A stretch of 64,000 nt of DNA from Paramoeba atlantica (lineage: Eukaryota; Protista; Discosea), in the NCBI GenBank assembly GCA_977017575.1, contig CDRNVI010000051.1, positions 124,001 to 188,000 of the forward strand, in the 5' to 3' direction. This document shows, piece by piece, positions 54,295-63,680 of the stretch. The translations under genes were made by a program, and so were the position numbers. Under the pieces are notes generated by a model that was not told the origin of the DNA, made no database searches, and was given only the letters and a program-made list of their open reading frames with translations. Every line of letters starts with the position of its first letter. The first letter of the stretch is position 1.

Positions 54295-54942
54295 TCACCC
54301 CTGCCCTACCCCTCCCCCCTCCTGCCTTCCCCCCAGCCTCCTCTCCTCCCCCGCCGCCCACTCCGGCATCACCCCCCCCACCGCGGCGTCGAACTCCGGC
54401 CGCGTCCCCACCCCCTGCTGGTGCGGGCGGTAGTTCCGCGGGACCTCCGGGAGCATCGTGCGGCACGCGCGCCCGTTGAGCCGCACGAACGGCGCCCGGG
54501 CCTCCTCCCGCGCCGTGCCGTCCACGCCCCGGGGGACGTACCCCCGGCGGTAGCTCCCCTGCCAGTTCAGCAGGTGCTGGATGACGTTCGGGGGGACCCC
54601 CTGGGCCTTGAGCTCCGTCCGGGTCACCGTCATCAGGTGCTCCCAGTCCCGGAACAGGGAGGCGTACTCCACGCAGCGCAGGCCGCGGGCGGTGGAGAGG
54701 CGGGAGAGGAAGGCTTGGATGTCCGGGACTTCCTCGTGGGGGGGACGTAGCGGGAGGGGGTGCATCTCCTCCGGGGAGACGCTCTCGATGGGGGCGAATT
54801 TGCGCGGGTCGGGCATGTAGGAGTAGCGGTAGATTTTCGCGGGCTGGCGGCGGGATTTGAAACGGCGGGAGAGGGTGTAGAGGGTGGAGGGGGAAACGGG
54901 GGAGGGGGGGAAAGGGTGGAGAGAAAAGAGGAAAGGTGGCAT
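54295..54942 (-). CDS. IGR-motif protein, mitoribosomal mS41/Fyv4-like (215 aa from MPPFL)
   Basis: DIQAFLSRL..C.EYASLFRDWEHLM..ELKAQGVPP..HLLNWQGSYRRG fits the IGR domain pattern; N-terminus resembles a mitochondrial presequence. Confidence 0.65.
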   Translation of the reverse strand: MPPFLFSLHPFPPSPVSPSTLYTLSRRFKSRRQPAKIYRYSYMPDPRKFAPIESVSPEEMHPLPLRPPHEEVPDIQAFLSRLSTARGLRCVEYASLFRDWEHLMTVTRTELKAQGVPPNVIQHLLNWQGSYRRGYVPRGVDGTAREEARAPFVRLNGRACRTMLPEVPRNYRPHQQGVGTRPEFDAAVGGVMPEWAAGEERRLGGRQEGGGVGQG

Positions 54943-55908
54943 GGGGTTGAGGGGGGGGGGGGTGTAGGGAGAGAGGTGGAAAGGGGTAGAAAGGGAAGGT
55001 AAGGTGGTGTGAAAAATGGAGGAACGAAATGGTAAAGAAGGAAAATGAAGGGTTAAAGTGAAGGATTGTTTTACAGCTTTTTTAAAAATGTTTTTTTTTG
55101 TAATATTACATCTCCAAAACCGAACCTCAAAAAAACGGCAAGTATGTATTTTTTTCAAAATATTAAATTTTATTGCTCTTTTAACGGTCTTGATTCTTTG
55201 TTTCTCCCCCCAAACCTTACCCAGCTAACCCACGTCGCGGTGGTACCAGCCTTGGACTGCGGTCGGCGCAATCTGGGAACTTCCTCTCTGGATTTTTGCT
55301 TTACTTACATTGCACTAATAAAAACCGAAAGAGATCTTATTGAAATATTGACAGTACCGTGAAAACATTAATTAAGAATAACATAAATTAAGGTAACGTT
55401 TTTGCCACATAAATATTACTTTAATGTCCGGTACCTTAATGCTTGGTACCTTAATTATTGTTTGGAGCTCATATTTCCGATGTCGATATCTTTCGAAACT
55501 TGAAAAAAATTAGGTTGAAAGTACCTACAACCAGGTCAGTTAGAATATTTTCAGTTCATGCGCAGAATCATAATTCGCAATTAGAAGAGTAAATACTACA
55601 CCTAAAACTTGCGCACTTGTGCATTTAAGTAAGCAATGTTTGGCCATGTTTAGCCCAAATACGTGTAAGGTAGCGATTTCCCTGGTTAGCTAGCGTTTTA
55701 AGGATGCCTACCCTGCACGATTTTTGGATGCACGCTGATAGGTTCTAAGTTGAAAATGACCACCGCCTTTCACGAAGCGACTAAAAGAGAAATTAATTAT
55801 TGCGATAGATTTTCGTAAAAATGAGTGACACATACAGGTAATTAATACCTTAATTTCTGGTACCTTAATTATAATTACCTTAATACCGTTACCCCCCCCT
55901 TAGATATC

Positions 55909-55975
55909 CTAGTACGCTACTTATCCTCTTTTGTGACGAAACCTCTGGGACACGAGAGGATAAGTAGCGTACTAG
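55909..55975. other. Perfect 21-bp inverted repeat with ~25-nt loop
   Basis: CTAGTACGCTACTTATCCTCT ... AGAGGATAAGTAGCGTACTAG. Confidence 0.9.
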
Positions 55976-56179
55976 CTTACGGAGAAATACTATCTCTACA
56001 CTGTATACTAAAACTCTACTACTACCAAATGCGTCAGCCATTACCGTTGCTCATTTTTAGCGCGAATCAGGTTAGGGGTGCTCTAATGCCTCGAGACCCT
56101 TTCGTTGTTGTTACTGCCCCAGAGAATATTATCAACATCCTTCCGACGGCTCAGCTTCTCACGGAGCAGCATGTGGAAA

Positions 56180-56490
56180 GCGAGCGTGAGCGCAAGTCTC
56201 GTGTAGAGCTTACAATAGAGCAGAAGCGTAACATCTGCGCGTCTCTGGATGCAGGAAAAACAGAACGACAGGTTGCTCAAGAGTATCACCTTGATCGAAG
56301 CACCGTCAGAAAAATATATAAAAATCTATAAAAGAAAGCAAAACTGGGACCATCTGGTGCGCCTTGGCTGCGTTCTATTAACCAGTATCACCCTCCGCGC
56401 CAGAATGCCGCACTATATGAGGCCGGAGCCATGCTGCAAACTCTTCGGGAAGCTCTTACTGGAGTTACGAAGGTTGTATCATGCTAAAAA
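56180..56490 (+). pseudogene. pogo/Tigger (CENP-B-type HTH) transposase remnant
   Basis: RVELTIEQKRNIC..GKTERQVAQEYHLDRSTVRKIYKN, then a stop. Confidence 0.65.
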
Positions 56491-57104
56491 CTTCCCCCCC
56501 CTCGTCCCCCTCCTCTTTGTTGCGCCCCCCTTTCACCCCCAGCACTGCCCTCCTGGCCTCCCCCCCGAGAAGCCCTCTCTGCCCCCTCTTCACCTCCCAA
56601 CGACGCCTCGTCGCCGCCTTCCTCAGACAGACTGGAGACGAAGGGACAGGAAGAATTTTCTCCAGAAAGTGCTGATCTGCCTTTTGTACCTTAGCCCTCC
56701 CTTCATTACTTAAGCAAATATTTATCGTTAACGTCTCATAATTATCATCTTCGTTTACCCGCAATCTATCCTTACAGTGAAACAAATTGGTTCATCTTAT
56801 CAGCTAAAGTGTTGTATACTCCTCCTCTCATTAATTCCTATAAATATAAATCATAACAAAAAAGAAAACCCAGATTGAAATGGGCGAGGGAGATACGAAG
56901 CAACAGGCGTGGCAGATTCCCGCTGAAAAGAAATGGTATCTCCCCGCACGAGAAAAGCCTTTGCGCTTGCTAGCTCGGCTAGCTTCCACAACATGGCGAT
57001 CTGTAACAACACTCTCTAAATGGAACACCAGTGCAGCCACTGGTGGCGCACGGTCTCTCATGTGGGTGTTTCATGTGCAGCCACCTGCACCCACGATCCA
57101 CTAT

Positions 57105-58010
57105 AGCTAGACACTGCATCAATACAGTCACCGCCTCACGTGGCAGTACACTTACTCTCGCACTGCAGTCACTGACTCTCTCACGCGCCACTGCATCTGC
57201 ACTGCGTTCACTGCCTCACGTGGAAGTACACTTACTCTCTCACGTGCCACTGCATCTACACTGCGTTCACTGCCTCACGTGGCAGTACACTTACTCTCTC
57301 ACCTGCCATTGCATCTACACTGCGTTCACTGCCTCACGTGGCAGTACACTTACTCTTTCACGTACCACTGTACTTACAGTGGTAGTGCACTTACTCTCGC
57401 ACGTGCCACTGCAGCTGCACTGCATCAATACAGTCACTTCCTCACGTGGCAGTGCTCTTACTCTCTCACGCGCCACTGCAGCTGCACTGCATCAATACAG
57501 TCACTGCCTCCCGTGGCAGTACACTTACTCTCTCAAGTGCCACTGCAGCCACATTGCATTACTGCAGTCACTTCCTCACGTGGCGGTGCACTTACTCTCG
57601 CACGTGCCACTGCAGCTACACTGCAGTCACTGACTCTCTCACGCGCCACTGCATGTACACTGCGCTCACTGCCTCACGTGGAAGTACAATTACTCTCGCA
57701 CGTGCCACTGCAGCTACACTGCAGTCACTTACTCTCTCACGCGCCACTGCGTTCACTGCCTCACGTGGCAGTACACTTATTCTTTCACGTACGTGATGCA
57801 GCTGCACTGCAGTCACTTCCTCACGTGGCAGTGCACTTACTCTCGCACGTGCCACTGCAGCTGCACTGCATCACTGTGCAACCACTGCCTCACGTGGCAG
57901 TACACTTACTCTCTCACGTGCCACTGTACCTACACTGCATCACTGTGCAACCACTGCCTCACGTGGCAGTACACTTACTCTCTCACGGACACTGTAGCTG
58001 CACACTACCA
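57105..58010. repeat. Complex ~55-70-bp modular minisatellite rich in CACGTG/CTGCAG palindromes
   Basis: Recurrent CACTGCCTCACGTGGCAGTACACTTACTCTCTCACG(T/C)GCCACTGCA modules. Confidence 0.9.
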
Positions 58011-58186
58011 CTCGGACCTGCTCATTATTTTTCTCTCTCTATATATATATACAAAATGCAAACCGTGTTTTTGGTGGCCAGCTGGTCACTTTTTCGAGAA
58101 AAAAAAGTCTGAAAAAAAGTTTGTTCCGAATTTGTTTTTTTGGCGATCTTGAGCAAATAATTTTTTTTTCGATTTTTTTAGTAAAA

Positions 58187-58240
58187 TGTCGATGTCGGGA
58201 ATCGAACCGCGGACGTTCAGCGTCAAAATGGAACCCCACT
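58187..58240 (-). pseudogene. tRNA-like 3' half (Val-like), followed by TTTT
   Basis: ACGCTGAACGTCCGCGGTTCGATTCCCGACATCGACA-TTTT with a B-box. Confidence 0.5.
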
Positions 58241-58241
58241 C

Positions 58242-58427
58242 GCACATTGATAATGCATAGTTACTGCACATTGATAATGCATAACGTGCCTCACATTGAT
58301 AATGCATATAGCACATTGATAATGCATATAGCACATTGATAATGCATATAGCACATTGATATTGCATACAGCACATTGATAATGCATACAGCACATTGAT
58401 AATGCATACAGCACATTGACGATGCAT
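58242..58427. repeat. 20-bp tandem array (GCACATTGATAATGCATATA), left arm
   Basis: About 9 units. Confidence 0.95.
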
Positions 58428-58474
58428 TATTTGGAAATTAAAGGTGTTTTCAAGAAATAGTGAACACTCGTCTC

Positions 58475-59025
58475 TGCTCCCGGTGAGGCCCCGGAGTTGC
58501 GAGAGGCCTCCATACCCCACAACTACCACCTTCCCCCCCTATTTAGCGGGGGTCGCGCGAGCGACCCCTGATAAATGGGGGGAAGGTGGTAGTTGTTTTG
58601 GAGAAAATGAGAGGCAGAACGCACGGAGGGGCCGGCCGGGCCACTGAGTCACGTGAAAGTGTGACACCCAAAAACTAAACCTAGGTCTTGTTTACCCGTC
58701 TGCACAACAGAACCGTAAATGGCACGTAAAGATGGTTGGCCGAGGTACCCAATAAATTCACCTTTGCTCCCGGTGAGGCCCCGGAGTTGCGTGAAGGCCT
58801 CCATACCCCACAACTACCACCTTCCCCCCCTATTTAGCGGGGGTCGCGCGAGCGACCCCTGATAAATGGGGGGAAGGTGGTAGTTGTTTTGGGGAATATG
58901 AGAGGCCGAACGCACGGAGGGGCCGGCCGGGCCAATGAACCCAGACACCATACCCAACCCCTAGCAAAGCCTAAACCTTGTTTACCCGTTTGCAAGACAA
59001 GAATGTGTGTCGTTAGTGGGAAGCA
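58475..59025. repeat. Tandem duplication of a ~291-bp unit, each copy with a 78-nt hairpin capped by a GCGA tetraloop
   Basis: Hairpins at 58519-58596 and 58810-58887. Confidence 0.9.
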
Positions 59026-59026
59026 A

Positions 59027-59379
59027 TATGCATTATGAATGTGCTATATGCAATATCAATGTGCTATATGCATTATCAATGTGCTATATGCATTATCAAT
59101 GTGCTGTATGCATTATCAATGTGCTATATGCATTATCAATGTGCTATATGCATTATCAATGTGCTATATGCATTATCAATGTGCTATATGCATTATCAAT
59201 GTGCCGCTTAATATGCATTATCAATGTGCCGCTTAGTATGCATTATCAATGTGCTATATGCATTATCAATGTGCTATATGCATTATCAATGTGCTATATG
59301 CAATATCAATGTGCTATATGCATTATCAATGTGCTATATGCATTATCAATGTGCCGCTTAGTATGCATTATCAATGTGC
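59027..59379. repeat. 20-bp tandem array (TATGCATTATCAATGTGCTA), right arm, inverted relative to 58242-58427
   Basis: About 17 units; reverse complement of the left-arm unit. Confidence 0.95.
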
Positions 59380-60882
59380 GGGCGCCAACCCCTTTACCAA
59401 CTGGACTACTCAAAGGACGCTGCTTAGTCAACCAGTTTGTCGTATCGCAGACCTTTGCACACGCACTTTTTTTTACGAAAAATGTTCTAAAATTGGGAAA
59501 TAAGGTTGTTTTAGATGATTTTTAGAGTATTTAAGAGTTCATCTAATGACCTACTGCTACGTTTTGGAATTTTGAAAAAACTCGATCTTATGCTTCTTTG
59601 GCGATCTTTTTCAGTTTTTGGAATTAACCTTAGTAAGCGAGTTAGATGCTCCGTATCTCCCTCAATTTATATTTATATTTATAGAAATTAATGAGAATGG
59701 CTAGGCAAAAAGTCCTGATTAATGATACTGCCTGATGGAAAAACGCTATTTTTCTGCGATAAGCTATCGCGGAACGTGAGATCCAAGGCGCTTGTCGGAA
59801 GTGAGGGTCAAATCTTTCTGCGGTGTTCTCCCCTCTATCCTAGCATTTCCTGTTTTGTTTCTTCAAAAGCATAATTTTTTGAAAATCTATAATTTTTTTC
59901 TGAAAAATTAGGAATGGCATTTATAGAAATTCATGAGAAGAGGAGTACCACGTCCTTCCACCTACCCTCTCCAATTAATTTTTAGAAATATAATTACTAG
60001 CATAACTTTACTACAGTAAGTAGTACTGTAGTAGTAAAGTACTGTAGTATAATTTTTCATTTTTGTTGTAATTTATATTTATAAAAATTAATGAGAGGGA
60101 GAGTATTTTATTCCTCCGAGAACTTCGAATTAATGAGAGGGCGACCGGCCGTCGGAAACATACCAGTACGCATTCCGAGGCCTCCCCATCGCCCATCCGC
60201 AATCCCTGATAACCAAAATATTAAAATTTCTTCCACCTCGCTAGGGAACAAGGAGTTGCCCATGAATCGCCACAAACTAACCTCACGGCTCAAATTTTTC
60301 TTTCCAAAGCATTGCCGTGCCTCGGAGCACACACTAATTTGTCGACCGAGGGTCTTCTCAAGAATTATAAACAGCGACTTGAAAACAAAGCTTACATGTA
60401 CTATCGGTGTGGAGTAATGAGTTTTTCTCCGTTGCACATTTTGTTGGGCAGGAATCATCCGACAGCACAATCGATAATTAGCGTTGATGTAGCAAACGAT
60501 GCTTTTCATAGTCGGGAACCTCTTTTTCACATTTCAGAAGACGAGTGGAACTTTTATATTAACTGTAAGAAATTTGATTAGCAACCCTCCGTGCACACCT
60601 CCGTATGGAAATGGTGGGAAGATATCGATAAAGAAAACTTTCCATCTATGCATCAAGCCGCTCGCCACTACTCTGGGTGCCACCAATCGTCACAGCATGT
60701 GATTCCCTACTGAAGTATAACCCGCGTCACAACCCGCCTCCCCGGATAGCGACGTAATTGCCACTCAAATGTTTCTTCGAAGGAATCTAAAAAGTACATG
60801 AGCTCGCAGCCGCCCGGGCAATCGCCGCCCGCCTCATGCATGAGTATCGTACTGACGCTAACGATATACACCCCTGTATGTA

Positions 60883-61679
60883 CACCCCTGTCCAGCTTCA
60901 TTTACCCCCCCCTACAGGTCCTATATTTTCTTCTGTTTTGTAAATATTTAGCATGGGACTGTTTTTCGACCCTATCGTCTCGAATCCGCTGTCCTTTTCA
61001 TGATTGGAATAAAAAAAATTACTAAAATGACATGACATGACAAAAAAAAATGATTTTTCATGGTCTACACTTTTTTTTTCTATTTTTTTTTTCATATTTT
61101 TGGGATTTTGTTTATGTTTTTAAAAGTATAAATCGTGCTTAGATAATGCAAAGATGACGCTAGATACTTTTAAATATCCATTATGATTATCATTAAATAT
61201 CCAATATGATGCCGTTTCCTTTCTATCACAAGTTGAAGACGTTTGCGATAGTTTTCGAATGAATTTCTTAATTCGTCAACATGTTCTACTGCTAAAAGCT
61301 CGGATGTTTGAAACATAGCGTCTTATATTTCGTGTCTACTCATTCTAGCTAAAGCACGCAAGGATTATAGTTCCTAGTACCGTGCTATGATCAGGGTTCG
61401 ACTTTCTGGTGGATTACGCTGATTTGGGAGAAGAGGAAGTCAGTTATCTCTTGGCCATTAAGGAAAGAACTGAAAATATTGAATTGTTTTAGGGTGGGCA
61501 AAACAAAATCAGGTTTTTCGACAAAAATTTTAAGGTCTCGGAGGAAAAAAAGGTCGCTCGAGTGAAAAGGACAGCGGATTCGAGACGATTGGGTCGAAAA
61601 ACAGTCCCATACCAAATATTTCTAAAATCCAACAAGATACAAGACCTGTAGGGGGGGTAAATGAAGCTGGACAAGGGTG
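60883..61679. mobile_element. MITE with ~115-bp TIRs and TA TSD
   Basis: TA|CACCCCTGTCCAGCTTCATTTACCCCCCC ... GGGGGGGTAAATGAAGCTGGACAAGGGTG|TA; inner inverted match continues to 60998/61563. Confidence 0.85.
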
Positions 61680-61899
61680 TAGCACTACAACAATAGGACT
61701 CGGCAACCAACCTCCACAAGGAGTAGGCGGCGGAACTCCAGAACATTGTTACTGGGGCCCTCTACCCCCTCGGGCCTTCTGATCCCCCAGGCCTTGAGGT
61801 CGACGAAACTTTTCCCCGGGGCTCCGAAAACCCGGCGGATGCTAACACAGGGGGGCAGAGGGAGGTCGCCGAGATACTCCCCCCCAGGATGACCGGGAG

Positions 61900-62327
61900 G
61901 ATGGTATGATGTGCATATGGGTCCTCGAGGAGTGGGACGTATCCAGGTCCTGGTCCCCTCGGACTGCCCCCTCGAAGGTTTGTTCCAGGCTGTAGCGATG
62001 ACTCTAGGCATCCCTACGGATCTCATCTGTCTCTCGCATGGTCCCGGAGTGCCCTACCTCGAGACGGACAATGATATGGTAGTGGCGGAGAGCATATGGA
62101 TGTCCCTCATGGTCCTTAATCAGGCGTCTCCTTTCGAGCCCCACATTCGCGTATTCGACGGCACTGGGCAGGGGTCTTTCACACCCCGACGCACATATCG
62201 GGCGACAAAATACCTTTCTTCTTGTGTCAAGCGCTGGGCATCACGCATGATTTTGCAAGTACGTGAACCCCTTTCGCAGCTGATGATGGGTCCGTCTGGT
62301 GTTGCTTCCTCCCCACTGAGGGGCTCA
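61900..62327 (+). mobile_element. Third copy of the CRE-family N-type domains
   Basis: VHMGPRGVGRIQV..AMTLGIP matches LDLGPERAGRIRV..GYTIGVP; HIRVFDGTGQGS matches AIRVYDGTFQGS. Confidence 0.6.
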
Positions 62328-62368
62328 TTGATACAGTTTCTCAAAGACACAGTTCCTGTACCTTGTTG
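62328..62368 (+). other. Degenerate tandem spliced-leader-like sequence
   Basis: TTGATACAGTTTCT-C-AAAGACACAGTTCCTGTACCTTGTTG. Confidence 0.7.
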
Positions 62369-62504
62369 TACTTTTTCTCCTAGTTCATCTTTTCTCTCTC
62401 GGAAACGGACATATTGTCACTATGCTCATGCCCGTTTCCGGATGGCGCTAGGAGAGGAACTGTCCCTCTTGTCACAAATTAGGGGTGCGCCTCCAAAGGC
62501 GGAG

Positions 62505-62898
62505 GTGGCGGAGAAGGCGGAGGTGGCGGAGTGGCAAGAATTCAAAGTTTGATGCACATGGTGCTCAGACGGCGAGTTCAAACCCGCTCATCGCAATATT
62601 CCCGGCAATATTCACTCTAAGAGGCTGGGCTGATAACCGACTAGGCCCAGTACTCGGAGGACCGTCCCGGACCCTCCCCTCAGGGAACCAGCTCCCTTAC
62701 CCGGCTTACACCTCTTGGGGGTAAGCCGTGTTGACGTACAGTTCGTCGACGCAGCGTGTTGGTAACAGCACGTTGGTGCCACCTTGGACAAGCGGAATCT
62801 GGTAGAGGACGTCGGCCTCGGAACTTCCAAATCTGTCTGTGAAGAGTCTGGCTTGCCAGTGACCATCCGGAGCAATCCGGAATGATTTGGATTTTTTT
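62505..62898 (+). mobile_element. tRNA-headed SINE-like element ending in oligo-T
   Basis: A-box-like GGTGGCGGAGTGGCAA, B-box-like GAGTTCAAACCC, body shared with the 18.1-18.5 and 42.1-42.3 kb copies, terminal T-run. Confidence 0.55.
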
Positions 62899-63232
62899 TT
62901 GGTGTGCCTCCCTTTCTTCATCTCCCACCACCCTGCTGGGAACACGGTTCCGAGTCCCCATGCGCTGCAGGACCCTTCTACGGGACCACGCGGCGTGCCT
63001 TCCCCATCGCGCGGCACCGGTACTTCTGCGCGCAGGAGGCTTCCAAACGCTAGAAGTCTCCCACACAGCGAGCAAACACGTTGTATGCGTGTTCTAGCGG
63101 ATATTCCATGCACCTCTCTTGCTCACCAGCCGTGGCGGATTCTGTGGGACCCCGATGCCCATGATGCATCATGAATCATGACTCCATTTACCAGCATGCA
63201 TCCATGGCCCTGGCCATGCTGTATCATGAACT

Positions 63233-63680
63233 ATGTTAGTCATTTGTAGCATGTACGATGGGAACATAATCCGCGTCCGACAAATCCGTATATCCTTCCT
63301 GGCGCACTGCGCTACACTGTTAAACCTTGGCGGGACACAGACCAATCGGCTCAAGTTCTACATAAAGTCACTTGCGGCGGCCGGAGCGGCAGTACCGATG
63401 CGTCAGATATTGCCTTTAACCCCAGGAACTCTGAACAAGTTGTGGAAGAGCTTGCCCCGCAGCGAAGGTCTTACCGTGGTGCTCTGCTGGAAGGCAGCAA
63501 GTCGTTGGGCGGAAACAGTAGCCCTCACGCGAGACAGATTCTGCAAAGTGAGGCCGGAAAGGATCGTCATATGGTAGGGACGGAACACCAAGACCTCGCG
63601 CCACAATCCGTACCTTGTTGTGCGTCCCAACGATAAATTCTACCACCATGTAAGTGATCAGTTGGGGGAAAGACAAAAGC
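63233..63680 (+). pseudogene. Tyrosine recombinase of a DIRS-order (TATE/VIPER-like) retroelement, disrupted
   Basis: RQILPLTP, VVLCWKAASRWAE (box I Arg), RPERIVIW.GRNTKTSR; homologous to 38776-39224. Confidence 0.65.

Noticed and set aside
53864-54820. Proline-rich plus-strand ORFs
   Set aside because: They arise from C-rich tracts and are antisense to the mS41-like gene and its 3' flank.
57031-58152. Cys/His-rich repeat ORFs as a metalloprotein gene
   Set aside because: The ORFs are by-products of the minisatellite; modules shift frame repeatedly and several frames are equally open.
58086-59525. Cys/Tyr/Met-rich ORFs (e.g. 59007-59525)
   Set aside because: Translations of a 20-bp non-triplet tandem repeat.
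12844-62368. SL-like motifs as SL RNA genes
   Set aside because: None has the 5' exon part or a GT-starting intron after TTG, and they are not in a tandem gene array.
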